Source: Eledone cirrhosa (taxonomy: Eukaryota). Taken from it: DNA of 64,000 nucleotides. Under the pieces are notes generated by a model. The model was not told the origin of the DNA and searched no databases. It saw only the letters and a list, made by a program, of their open reading frames with translations. Below, piece after piece: positions 1-12,129 of the stretch. Position 1 is the first letter of the stretch, and each line of letters begins with the position of its first letter. Position numbers and translations under genes: made by a program. Location of the stretch: contig OZ024740.1 in NCBI GenBank assembly GCA_964016885.1, positions 254,386,001 through 254,450,000 of the forward strand. Reading direction: 5' to 3'.

Positions 1-3000
1 GATGTACTAGTTTCAAGCTTGTTAGCTATCATCAGCACCGTTTACCCATCTGCCAGATAGTTGAACGTTCGAAAGTATATACTTTCCTTATGAAAATTAA
101 CGGCTGAGCAGCCTAATTTGCATATTGAGTGAGTTAAATCGGTCAGGCATACCGAAAACGATAAATTGAAACAAAATGAAAACGAAATTTCATTTCTCAC
201 TCTTAGTATGGCACTTACTTAAATGTAAGTATGCATGTATACGTACATACATATATGTATACAGACGTACAGTAGCATGCACATATATATATATATATAC
301 ATATATATATACATATGCATACAGGTACACATACATATATGCACGTATCAGTTTAGCGGCGCTTATTATAACGTCGCTTTGTTCGTTTGTAAACAAACTG
401 AACAGCCTGAATTTATGCCATACGGTGTTAACGCAACCACGTCACCTTTTTGTTCAACACTGACACAGGAACGATGTACTAGTTTCAAGCTTGTTAGCTA
501 TCATCAGCACCGTTTACCCATCTGCCAGATAGTTGAACGTTCGAAAGTATATACTTTCCTTATGAAAATTAACGGCTGAGCAGCCTAATTTGCATATTGA
601 GTGAGTTAAATCGGTCAGGCATACCGAAAACGATAAATTGAAACAAAATGAAAACGAAATTTCATTTCTCACTCTTAGTATGGCACTTACTTAAATGTAA
701 GTATGCATGTATACGTACATACATATATGTATACAGACGTACAGTAGCATGCACATATATATATATATATACATATATATATACATATGCATACAGGTAC
801 ACATACATATATGCACGTATCAGTTTAGCGGCGCTTATTATAACGTCGCTTTGTTCGTTTGTAAACAAACTGAACAGCCTGAATTTATGCCATACGGTGT
901 TAACGCAACCACGTCACCTTTTTGTTCAACACTGACACAGGAACGATGTACTAGTTTCAAGCTTGTTAGCTATCATCAGCACCGTTTACCCATCTGCCAG
1001 ATAGTTGAACGTTCGAAAGTATATACTTTCCTTATGAAAATTAACGGCTGAGCAGCCTAATTTGCATATTGAGTGAGTTAAATCGGTCAGGCATACCGAA
1101 AACGATAAATTGAAACAAAATGAAAACGAAATTTCATTTCTCACTCTTAGTATGGCACTTACTTAAATGTAAGTATGCATGTATACGTACATACATATAT
1201 GTATACAGACGTACAGTAGCATGCACATATATATATATATATACATATATATATACATATGCATACAGGTACACATACATATATGCACGTATCAGTTTAG
1301 CGGCGCTTATTATAACGTCGCTTTGTTCGTTTGTAAACAAACTGAACAGCCTGAATTTATGCCATACGGTGTTAAGGCAACCACGTCACCTTTTTGTTCA
1401 ACACTGACACAGGAACGATGTACTAGTTTCAAGCTTGTTAGCTATCATCAGCACCGTTTACCCATCTGCCAGATAGTTGAACGTTCGAAAGTATATACTT
1501 TCCTTATGAAAATTAACGGCTGAGCAGCCTAATTTGCATATTGAGTGAGTTAAATCGGTCAGGCATACCGAAAACGATAAATTGAAACAAAATGAAAACG
1601 AAATTTCATTTCTCACTCTTAGTATGGCACTTACTTAAATGTAAGTATGCATGTATACGTACATACATATATGTATACAGACGTACAGTAGCATGCACAT
1701 ATATATATATATATATACATATATATATACATATGCATACAGGTACACATACATATATGCACGTATCAGTTTAGCGGCGCTTATTATAACGTCGCTTTGT
1801 TCGTTTGTAAACAAACTGAACAGCCTGAATTTATGCCATACGGTGTTAAGGCAACCACGTCACCTTTTTGTTCAACACTGACACAGGAACGATGTACTAG
1901 TTTCAAGCTTGTTAGCTATCATCAGCACCGTTTACCCATCTGCCAGATAGTTGAACGTTCGAAAGTATATACTTTCCTTATGAAAATTAACGGCTGAGCA
2001 GCCTAATTTGCATATTGAGTGAGTTAAATCGGTCAGGCATACCGAAAACGATAAATTGAAACAAAATGAAAACGAAATTTCATTTCTCACTCTTAGTATG
2101 GCACTTACTTAAATGTAGGTATGCATGTATACGTACATACATATATGTATACAGACGTACAGTAGCATGCACATATATATATATATATACATATATATAT
2201 ACATATGCATACAGGTACACATACATATATGCACGTATCAGTTTAGCGGCGCTTATTATAACGTCGCTTTGTTCGTTTGTAAACAAACTGAACAGCCTGA
2301 ATTTATGCCATACGGTGTTAACGCAACCACGTCACCTTTTTGTTCAACACTGACACAGGAACGATGTACTAGTTTCAAGCTTGTTAGCTATCATCAGCAC
2401 CGTTTACCCATCTGCCAGATAGTTGAACGTTCGAAAGTATATACTTTCCTTATGAAAATTAACGGCTGAGCAGCCTAATTTGCATATTGAGTGAGTTAAA
2501 TCGGTCAGGCATACCGAAAACGATAAATTGAAACAAAATGAAAACGAAATTTCATTTCTCACTCTTAGTATGGCACTTACTTAAATGTAAGTATGCATGT
2601 ATACGTACATACATATATGTATACAGACGTACAGTAGCATGCACATATATATATATATATACATATATATACATATGCATACAGGTACACATACATATAT
2701 GCACGTATCAGTTTAGCGGCGCTTATTATAACGTCGCTTTGTTCGTTTGTAAACAAACTGAACATCCTGAATTTATGCCATACGGTGTTAAGGCAACCAC
2801 GTCACCTTTTTGTTCAACACTGACACAGGAACGATGTACTAGTTTCAAGCTTGTTAGCTATCATCAGCACCGTTTACCCATCTGCCAGATAGTTGAACGT
2901 TCGAAAGTATATACTTTCCTTATGAAAATTAACGGCTGAGCAGCCTAATTTGCATATTGAGTGAGTTAAATCGGTCAGGCATACCGAAAACGATAAATTG

Positions 3001-3015
3001 AAACAAAATGAAAAC
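1..3015. repeat. ~472-bp tandem repeat, >=6.4 near-identical copies, running off the left edge
   Basis: Equivalent positions recur at 176, 648, 1120, 1592, 2066 and 2538 (period 472-474). Units differ only by a few SNVs (e.g. gttaacgc/gttaaggc) and (TA)n length. Confidence 0.98.
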
Positions 3016-4114
3016 AAAAGCCGTCTGTGTAGTATAGTATTACTGTTGAAAATATATAGTACAATATTACTGTTGAAAATATGTAGTATAGTATAGTATT
3101 ACTGTTGAAAATATATATAGTACAGTATTACTGTTGAAAATATATATAGTACAGTATTACTGTTGAAAATATATATAGTACAGTATTACTGTTGAAAATA
3201 TATAGTACAGTATTACTGTTGAAAATATATAGTATAGTATTACTGTATTACTGTTGAAAATATATAGTATAGTATTACCATTGAAAATATATAGTATTGT
3301 ATTACTGTTGAAAATATATAGTATAGTATTACTGTTGAAAATATATAGTATAGTATTACTGTTGAAAATATATAGTATAGTATTACTGTTGAAAATATAT
3401 AGTATATTATTACCATTGAAAATATATAGTATTGTATTACTGTTGAAAATATATAGTACAGTATTACTGTTGAAAATATATAGTATAGTATTACCATTGA
3501 AAATATATAGTATTGTATTACTGTTGAAAATATATAGTACAGTATTACTGTTGAAAATATATAGTATAGTATTACCATTGAAAATATATAGTATAGTATT
3601 ACTGTTGAAAATATATAGTATAGTATTACTGTATTACTGTTGAAAATATATAGTATAGTATTACCATTGAAAATATATAGTATTGTATTACTGTTGAAAA
3701 TATATAGTATAGTATTACTGTTGAAAATATATAGTATAGTATTACTGTTGAAAATATATAGTATAGTATTACTGTTGAAAATATATAGTATAGTATTACT
3801 GTTGAAAATATATAGTATAGTATTACCATTGAAAATATATAGTATAGTATTACTGTTGAAAATATATAGTATTGTATTACTGTTGAAAATATATAGTATA
3901 GTATTACCATTGAAAATATATAGTATAGTATTACTGTTGAAAATATATAGTATAGTATTACCATTGAAAATATATAGTATAGTATTACTGTTGAAAATAT
4001 ATAGTATCGTATTAATGTGGAAAATATATAGTATCGTATTAATGTTGAAAATATATAGTATCGTATTACTGTTGAAAATATATAGTATCGTATTAATGTT
4101 GAAAATATGTACAC

Positions 4115-4150
<36 letters not shown>

Positions 4151-4428
4151 TTAATTAAAAGTTGGTTAGAAGCGAAGTCAATGCAGACATACAGACAGAT
4201 ATTATAATCGCGCGATGTTAAAGGTATGTATCTATCTAAAAAGACAGAGTAAGAAGAAGAGAGGAATGTTGTATTATATATATTATATATAATAAAGTAC
4301 CCGTAATGTACTGAGATAATTGCTGGCCTTGTGCCAAAAGTAGAAACAATTATACTTCTTTTTTATACAACTGCAAATATGTTTATATGTATATATGCGT
4401 ATTTATGATACTAACACTATACACACAC

Positions 4429-4459
<31 letters not shown>

Positions 4460-4882
4460 TAAAATAGCAGATTAAAGTTTAAGCAAAGAATCGCTGCTTT
4501 CACCCTTAACAGGATCCTCTGAAACTAACAAAGTCAATCTGTGAACGCGGAAGCGAATATTTCCCAAAACGCCAATGGATGGTTTTCATAATGCAGACAG
4601 CCAGACATACAGAGACATATTATAAGGGCACGATGTTATAGCTATGTATCTATCTAAAAAGACAGACTAAGAAAGAGAGAGGAATGTCGTATAATCGGAA
4701 GTGTTGACATTTGAAAATTTTAAAGATGTGAATATTTAAATAATATCTTTAATCTTTTAACAAAATTTAGTAGACAAAAATACCCCACTTTCTTGGAAAA
4801 AGTTACATCTATGGGGCCAATTTGCAGCCGCTTGGCGAAAAGTTTGTTACATACATACGGCCGTCAGCTTTATTAGTATAGA
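3016..4882 (-). mobile_element. Helitron 5' portion, non-autonomous, antisense in a CHAF1B intron; probably continues leftward through the 472-bp array
   Basis: Minus strand begins A|TCTATACTAATAAAGCTGACGGCCGTATG at 4882, a Helitron-type 5'-TC terminus. 4590-4882 is the reverse complement of the 5' end of the RepHel-containing Helitron at 34935-35210. AGCCGTCTGTG at 3019 is collinear with CACAGACGGCT at ~35209-35219. Confidence 0.75.
3030..4110. repeat. 27-bp minisatellite (TATTACTGTTGAAAATATATAGTATAG)n, ~40 copies
   Basis: Directly visible. It produces the spurious 9-aa periodic ORFs (LLLKIYSIV)n. Confidence 0.97.
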
Positions 4883-4968
4883 TTTATGCAAGTATGCAAA
4901 AAGTAAATGGAAAATAACACAGTACAATGAAGAAATATATTAGTTTAACGCTTGATATAGTAGGAAAA

Positions 4969-5006
4969 ATCTTTACATTTCGGACATTAGTCTTTCATCA
5001 GAAGAT
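4969..5006 (-). ncRNA. minimal type I hammerhead ribozyme motif (PLE-type)
   Basis: Minus strand reads atctt-CTGATGA-aa-gac taat gtc-c-GAAA-T-GTA-aagat. Stem I is atctt/aagat; stem III is vestigial. Confidence 0.55.
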
Positions 5007-5252
5007 AGAATGAGAAATAAAAGATGAAATAGAAAGATAGTGAGGTTTATACAGGTGTATATACAGATATAAATTTGCTTGGTGTTCTGTACGAGCAAGA
5101 CATGATCATCTGACCTGGCTTGTCTCATAATAGGACAACTCATCTAAGCCATACTAGCATGGAAGATGGACATTAAACGGTGATGATGATATTTATTATC
5201 TACTATCTAAGGGGCTGTGTATCGGTAGAGGGTCGGACGCCATGCTTTGATG

Positions 5253-5579
5253 TGTAGTGATAGACAACATTGTAGTGACCTACATTCCGCGGGCTCACAT
5301 ACATTCTCTGAGCGTGATTTTGCTCAGCCAATCAGCGCCAGCAGAAGAGAATGTATCCCTACGCGCCCTGAGGGAGAAATTCCCCGTGAGGATTTGAAGA
5401 ATCTGTCTCTCGCATCCTGAACTTCGAAGGAACGATAGGGACAATATGTAACGGTGAGATTTTCACTTTGGCCTGCCGGCTTGCCTGCCTCGAGCCTGGT
5501 ACAATGGCACATTCCTTTTGTAATCCTTTTATGTTTAACTACAATCATACAAATTAACAAACATTACTTTCTCACTACA
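5253..5579. mobile_element. solo-LTR-like sequence
   Basis: GC-richer island bounded by an 8-bp inverted repeat TGTAGTGA...TCACTACA. No clear target-site duplication. Confidence 0.3.
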
Positions 5580-5684
5580 TCTAAATAACTCTGCTAAACG
5601 GTGATTAATAAAACTGCTACAATCCAACATGTTTGACACACACCACATCAATTCTTGTTATAGATGCATAGTTATGGTCCTTGC

Positions 5685-5795
5685 CATTCTGAGTTCAAAT
5701 TTCGCCGAGGTTAACTTTGCCTTTCATCCTTACGAGCTTGATAAAATAAAGTGCCAGTAATACACTGGCCTTGTGCCAAAAGTAGAAACAATTAT
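5685..5795 (+). mobile_element. SINE fragment (Nin-domain-like mollusc SINE)
   Basis: CTGAGTTCAAATTTCGCCGAGGTTAACTTTGCCTTTCATCCTT core. Related copies lie at ~4290-4355, 8350-8485(-), 11440-11580(-), 11635-11695 and 61905-61985(-). Confidence 0.65.
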
Positions 5796-5826
5796 TATAT
5801 ACTATCTTATTTTTGTCTTTGTGCAG

Positions 5827-6084
5827 GTCATGTCGTGTGTTCAGTGTTTCCAAACAGTGCCTTGTCCATGACATTTACAAGATGAACTCATTGTCTCAGT
5901 CCAACGACTCCGACACAAAATCAAAATCAAGTCGGATATTTCATGATGACACAATGAAGTCATTTTTTAGACGCTTGACCTTCAGTCCTGATGGGGAATT
6001 GTTAATAATTCCAGCTGGTTGTGTGGAATTGGAGACAAAAGTTATCAATGCTACCTTCATTTGTTCCAGATATAAACTTAACAA
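5827..6084 (+). CDS. CHAF1B: Chromatin assembly factor 1 subunit B (p60), internal exon (WD40 region)
   Basis: cag|G...AA|gtaagt. Encodes SCRVF...SSRIFHDDTMKSFFRRLTFSPDGELLIIPAGCVE, the hallmark CAF-1 p60/Cac2 FHDD-x-MKSFFRRL-x-F-x-PDG motif. Confidence 0.93.
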
Positions 6085-6384
6085 GTAAGTACCTTGCTTA
6101 ATTACCATCATCATTAATTTTACCACCACCACCGCCGACACCTTCCCACCACTACCACCATCATCATCATCAGCAGAGCAACAGCCTGATGATTATCATA
6201 TTTACCCAACCTATGTTGAGTGGAACATTGCCTAAAAAAAGTCCCATTCAGACCATGCCAGCATGGAAAAGTTGATGTAAAAATGATAATTGTTAGGTGT
6301 GATTTACACATAGTATATATCTGTACAGATACAGTACAAAATTTAGCTGAAGCTGTGTAAATGTTCATCTATCTATATATACTC

Positions 6385-7032
6385 CCAAAATTAAATTAAA
6401 GATGCCATTCCTGAGAATATCAGAAGCATGCGCCATATCCCCTGTGAAATAAGCTCAAAGATTCCAAGTAATAAATCCGAGCATTTATTAACATTAAATT
6501 AAAAGTCAATTGACATATATATATATATATATAATAAACACATCAAACAATTACAGGGGTCAATTTGTAACGAGTGTAAACACACATAGTTACGGAGGTA
6601 ACATATTAACAAGAACCTTGAATTAATGATTAACCTCCTTTGTATGTATTCCATTGAAGAAATATATCTCACCATTAATCAGTCAATCATAGATGTCAAA
6701 TCTTGGATCATCAGCAAAGAAGATTTAACTATCTATGATTAAACACTAAAAGCAAATCGGAGAATAACGACGAAAAACACATGTGGTTTTAAAAAAACAC
6801 ATCACCCTGCTGTCAAACCAGTGGCATGAGTAGGGTTATTGACAGCTAGAAATAGCAGTCGAGTCCTTTCAACATAAAAAGCTCTACTAACAGAATACTT
6901 AGGAGCTGTAAACACTACCAAATTTAAATTAAAGATGCCATTCCTGAGAATATCAGAAGCATGCGCCATATCACCTGTGGAATAAGCTCAAAGATTCCAA
7001 GTAATAAATCCGAGCATTTATTAACATTAAAT
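6385..7032. repeat. ~115-bp direct repeat pair (6385-6500 and 6920-7032)
   Basis: AAATTAAAGATGCCATTCCTGAGAATATCAGAAGCATGCGCC...ATTAACATTAAAT is present twice and nearly identical. Confidence 0.85.
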
Positions 7033-7129
7033 ATATATATATATATATTTAGCTATAGCTGTGTTGTTCAACTATAGATATATATGTTAACCAAGATTTA
7101 GCTGAAGCTGTGTTGCTCATCTATAAAGA

Positions 7130-7455
7130 GTAAAGATCCCCTTCGGTCACAAGCGACTATAGGATTTGCACCTAGAAAGTTACTCTCCGAGGTACAAGTC
7201 TGGGCAAGGTTGTTTGACCAGCAGTTGTATACCAGTTCCCCTCTTCATGCCACTGATGTTGTCTAAGGGAAAGGCAATGGCTGACACAGCTTGGCACCAG
7301 TGACATCACAACTCATTTCTACAGCTAGAGTGAACTGGAGCAACATGAAATAAAGTATCTTGTTCAAGAACAACACAAAGCCCGGTCCAATAATCGAACT
7401 CACAATCTCACGATTGTAAGCCCGAAGCTCTAAACACTAAGCCATGCACCTTCAC
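7130..7455 (-). mobile_element. tRNA-derived SINE, near full length
   Basis: Minus-strand head has A-box-like TGGCTTAGTG and B-box-like GTTCGATT. The body TTGCTCCAGTTCACTC...GTCACTGGTGCCAAGCTG is shared with copies at ~36305-36450 and ~36655-36785. Confidence 0.75.
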
Positions 7456-7571
7456 CTGTTCATTTATAGCTATATATATTAACCAAGATTTTGCTGAAGC
7501 TGTGTTGTTTATCTATAGATATATATGTTAATCAAGATTTAGCTGAAGCTGTGTTGTTTATAGTTAAAAAA

Positions 7572-8018
7572 AATTATTATGACTGAATTGTGTGGTCGAA
7601 CTTAGTCTTACATCTGTCTGTAATCCCTTATGCTACATATGCATCTAACCTTTTTAATATATATTTTGAAATGTATGTTTTTCCTGTCTCCTATTATTAA
7701 TTTTCTTAACTATTTATGATTTTCCCTGTACTTCATTTATCTGTAACTGCATGTTTTTTTACTTTATTTTATTGCATTGAATTTTATCTGCTCCTATTTT
7801 TTATGTTTTCCACCTCAGTGACCTTATATAAATATTAATGCTTGCGCTTATCTAACCTCCCATATTATGTATCCTCTTTGACAAAGTTTTGATCTTATAT
7901 TTGTGTTTAACTTTTGTTATTAACTCCGATGATTTCGGCCTTGTGCTGGGATGAAACGATTGTCAGTTATTAAATGTTTAAAAGATTAAGCACGCTTTGA
8001 TTATTATTTACATTGTAT
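7572..8018 (+). mobile_element. non-coding PLE-like element fragment with a hammerhead motif and one 39-bp satellite monomer
   Basis: Homologous to the reverse complement of 40124-40600. Ends in taact-CCGATGA-stem II-GAAAC-GATT-GTC-agtta (7921-7970). Begins with TTATTATGACTGAATTGTGTGGTCGAACTTAGTCTT. Confidence 0.7.
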
Positions 8019-8918
8019 ATATATTAACCAAGATTTAGCTAGAGCTGTGTTCATCATCATCATCATTTAATATCTGTCTTCCTCGCTAGCATGGGTTAGA
8101 CGTGTCTCGCTCATCTATAGATATATATATATGTTAACCAAGATTTAGCCAGAGCTGTGTTGTTCATTCATGCATGCACAGTCTTGTAACCTCTGATGGA
8201 GTTGTAGGGGTGCCATATTGATATACTGCATTTCTAGGACATTTAAAAGCCTGGCAGAGTCCATCCCTTCTCTAGTTCTGAATACAGCTGATTTCTTACA
8301 GAGAAGGATAGAGAGAGTCAGAGGATGGGAGGAAGAGATATAGAGGAAGAATCACCCCAGTACTTGACTGGTGTTTTTTTTATCAACTTTGAATTGATGA
8401 AAGGCAAAGTTGAACTCTAAGAGCTGAAACGAATACCACAAAGCATTCTATCTAATGTTTTAACGACTGCCAATTCACCGCCTTGTTCATGAATATATAT
8501 ATATGTTAACTTAGATTTAGCTAGAGCTGTGATGTTCATGTATAGATATATATGGTAACCAAGATTTAGCTGAAACTGTGTAAATATTGTTCATATTGAC
8601 TGAGATAAGTTTACTTGGTCTCTTCTATTTTTCATTTTCTTATTTCTTTATGGATATAATTCTAATGTTGTGTATATCCAGTTTAGAATAGAAGCATTTT
8701 ATGTATCACTGCATGTTATAAGAGGTGACTAAAAGGGTTGGTTGCCAAAAAGGACATCCAGCTATAAAATATTGCCTCAAAAATGATCCTGTGATGGCTA
8801 TGAAGCTTTTCATAGGGCTTGCAAGGCTTTACTTTAGCAGGGGAAAATGTCCTTAAAATACTTCCAATCCTTAGACTTCTTGTATTTTATTTTTTCCTTC
8901 TTCCCCAATTTTACATAG

Positions 8919-9025
8919 GCCAGCTGTATTTCTTCCGACGGGATCAAAGGTAACTATTGCTGTTAGATGTTCACCTGTGTATTACAAATTGAGGAAAATA
9001 CCACATCAAGATTTAGGAACAACAG
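8919..9025 (+). CDS. CHAF1B: CHAF1B internal exon
   Basis: tag|G...G|gtaaag. Encodes KPAVFLPTGSKVTIAVRCSPVYYKLRK, resembling vertebrate p60 RPIAHLP...AVRCCPVYFELR. Phase is compatible with both neighbours. Confidence 0.92.
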
Positions 9026-9689
9026 GTAAAGTGTCTTTTGTGAGTCTTTTTGTTATTTTTTTTTAATGTCAAAGCTATGGTTTTATTGTCAACTATATTT
9101 TACAAACAGAAGTAATACAATGATGAAAATATTAAAAAGAGATAAAAACAAAATTAAGAATGAAAAAAAAAACAAAGGGAAAAAGGTAAAGAAAGGCTGA
9201 TCTGGTTGTAGAGACTATAAATGCCATAAATGTGAAGAAAAGCTAGCAGGAGAAAGAGAGGGAGAAGGGGAGAGGGTGGTAGATTCTGTGCCTAGATTGG
9301 CGTGGTATTTTGGCTGCACCCTCATGGACAAAACTGCAAAGACATTTCCATGGATAATGGCCAGCAACACCTACAACAGCCACCCCACCACGCGGGGCTC
9401 CTTCCTCAGACAGGCTGCTGGTTTGATGTCTTCTATCAGAGATATAGGTTGGCATATAAGCAGGGTTGTTAGAACATTTTTCTAGTTATGTCTATTAAAA
9501 GATCTTAATAAACGTAAAACCTTGTTATTTAACACGAAAGTATTTCTATGGCCAAAAATATATGAAATTCTGACATAGATTACATGGCCATGAGGAGACT
9601 ACTTACTTCCCTTTAAATGAATGGAGCAAATATGAGTTTAAGTTATCTCCCTTGAAACCAAAACTTTCAAAACCAAGTTGAGGAAGTTT

Positions 9690-10050
9690 GGGTCGCTGTG
9701 TGTGGTTGGTGACTAAACTGGTTCCCCCCACAAGATCCTAGTTTGGTTTGGTCTGGTCAAGATTTTACCTGCTACTGGTATCATGTAACTCAGTACAACC
9801 TGCTTCGTGGTTGGTGACTAAACCGGTCCCCTGGTCTGGTGAGGAGGGTAAATGGAATGCTAGCAGTACAAAAAACGAACTGTTAAATGGGCTGAACTCA
9901 GAATCAATAGTCATCCACCCCAACTATGGGTTAAATAGCTTCACCAACCTGCAATTGGTCAAGCATGGTGAGTACAGCTACACCCCTGAAGACATAATCA
10001 AAACCAAACAGAAAGTGGTGGAGGTCAACCAGGGAGGGGTTTCTTGAACA
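9690..10050 (+). mobile_element. degenerate copy of the repeat at 19325-19820 (probable RTE-type LINE 5' UTR)
   Basis: Shares ordered motifs TACTGGTAnCATGTAACnCAGTACA, GACTAAnCCGG, TGGTGAGGAGGGT and GAACTCAG with 19325-19515. Confidence 0.45.
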
Positions 10051-10158
10051 GGAGTCAGAAGGTACTGGATTGGATTAGTCTTTCATTAGAAATATGGTAA
10101 CAGAAGGGTTAAAGACAGGTAGTGTATTTCATTAGAAATATGTTCATGAAAGGGTTAA

Positions 10159-10363
10159 CCCATTAGCATTTACATTACTCTATATATACGATTGTATTTT
10201 TGTGGTAAAGGCTTTACCTCACATAATTATCTCATAAAATCGAATGTATGAGATTTTGATATTATTTATCATAACATTAGTATGAGCAGTCGATTACAGA
10301 CGGTTTGAACAGAAAGGGGTGAGAAAATTTGTGCTGGATATGGCCAGTTTAAATGTTAAAAGG
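10159..10363. mobile_element. piggyBac-like MITE inserted at a TTAA in a ~48-bp intronic repeat
   Basis: TTAA|CCCATTAGCATTT...AAATGTTAAAAGG|CTAA gives degenerate terminal inverted repeats. It interrupts the unit GAAAGGGTTAAAGACA that repeats on both sides. Confidence 0.6.
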
Positions 10364-10511
10364 CTAAAGACATAGGCAGTGTCTTTCATTAGATATATGG
10401 TAATGAAAGGGTTAAACAACATAGGCAGTGTCTTTCATTAGAAATATGGTAATAGGTTTGAAATTTTATAAATGTATACTTCAATGTCACCACTTTCTCT
10501 CGTGTCTTCAG

Positions 10512-10563
10512 TTATAGAAGAATGTAACCTGAAAGAATGGGAAAAATACCAAACTACGTTCTG
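10512..10563 (+). CDS. CHAF1B: CHAF1B short (52-nt) internal exon
   Basis: cag|TT...TG|gtaag. Encodes VIEECNLKEWEKYQTTF. It is required to reconcile the phase-1 donor at 9025 with the phase-2 acceptor at 11101. Confidence 0.8.
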
Positions 10564-10821
10564 GTAAGTTTATCATTATCTTCACATAGATATCGGCACA
10601 ATCATGTCCTACAGGCTGCACCTGAAGCATGTATTGTCAATTGAAACTTCTGGTCGACCAAACATTTGTGAGTGAAATTTGGTTGACAGAAACTGTTTGG
10701 TAGCTTGTTGGGTATATAAATAAACATCAATCTCTTTCTTTTCCTGCATAAAACGTTCAGCTGACATCTTCCTCTAACTCTTCCCTGTGGTTACAAACCA
10801 CACTCTCTCTCTCAGTTCATT

Positions 10822-10896
<75 letters not shown>

Positions 10897-10936
10897 CATA
10901 TATAAATATATATGAAATATGTATGAATCTATGAAT

Positions 10937-10988
<52 letters not shown>

Positions 10989-11100
10989 GTTCATATATAT
11001 ATATATATAGAGAGAGAGAGATCCATACATATATATATGTGAGTGTGTATGAACCTCTATAGTTATTATTATATGTAATGTTATTTCTTCTCCTCCGCAG

Positions 11101-11226
11101 CTTACCTTATCGTATGGTGTTTGCTGTAGCCACAGAAGATTCCGTCTTGATTTATGACACTCAACAGTCTTTTCCATTTGCCTTGGTCAAAAACATCCAT
11201 TATCACCAACTCAGTGACTTAACATG
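11101..11226 (+). CDS. CHAF1B: CHAF1B internal exon
   Basis: cag|C...TG|gtaag. Encodes [42 protein letters not shown], nearly identical to the conserved p60 segment. Confidence 0.95.
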
Positions 11227-12129
11227 GTAAGTCACTCACTTATTAATTTAGACAGTGAATTCACAGTTATTGGTATGTGTGTATGGACCTGTTATTCTTG
11301 ATGGTGTCATGATGGTGGTGGGAGCTGTTGTGACATACAGCATATCTTTGGCACTTTGAACCTGACAGCCCCAATCTCTCCTCTCCATGTCTGAACATGG
11401 CAGATTTGTTCCAGAGAATGAGAGATTGAGAGTGATAAAGAGATATAGAGGAAGAATTGACCCCAATACTGTGTTGGTACTTTTTTATTGACCTTGAATG
11501 GATGAAAGGCACAGAGAACTGGAACACATCCGGCATCACATTCTATCCAATATTCTAACGACTCTGTCAATTTACTGCCATAGTTGCTACAAACTTAGAT
11601 TAAATGATTCAGTATTTGTTCTGTTCTAGTTCTCCCTGTTCCGAGTTCAAATCCCACCAAGATCAACTTTACCTTTCCTCCTTTCAGGATCAGTACAGTA
11701 CAGTGCAGTGCAGTGCAGTGCAGTGTCAGGGGGTTGGTGGGATTGTTAAAGAGTTGGACAGGATATTTTGTGGCATCTAATCTGTGGTGACGATTATTTG
11801 AAACCCAAGACTACTTTCTGAGTTCAAATCCTGCCACCAGGAGTTATAACCAACCAACAGATAGTATCAACAATGGAAAGGCTAATAAAAACATTGTTTC
11901 CTTGATCTGATCTGATCTGATGATATTTCCTTTCTATTTTCATCTATTTTTACTATTTTCTATTGATGTTTACATTGTTTGAATGTGTGATGATGATGAG
12001 GAGGTATACACTATATCATGTGATTCTTCCTTATTTAAGACAGCAGGGTATGGTTGTTATCTCTAGCAGATTGAATGACTGTGAAGAATGTATGTATATA
12101 CATATATATATATTTATGCACATACAAAA

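Noticed and set aside
176-4146. Repeated 95/114-aa ORFs and (LLLKIYSIV)n ORFs as a tandem gene cluster
   Set aside because: They are translations of (TA)n-containing repeat units, frames shift with microsatellite length, and the region is intronic to CHAF1B.
6635-6722. Minus-strand hammerhead (ctttg-CTGATGA-tcca...tgGAATACATA-caaag)
   Set aside because: The GAAA core is disrupted and stem III is unconvincing, so it was not called.
7380-7455. tRNA gene
   Set aside because: The A/B boxes belong to a SINE head, there is no cloverleaf, and the sequence continues into the SINE body.
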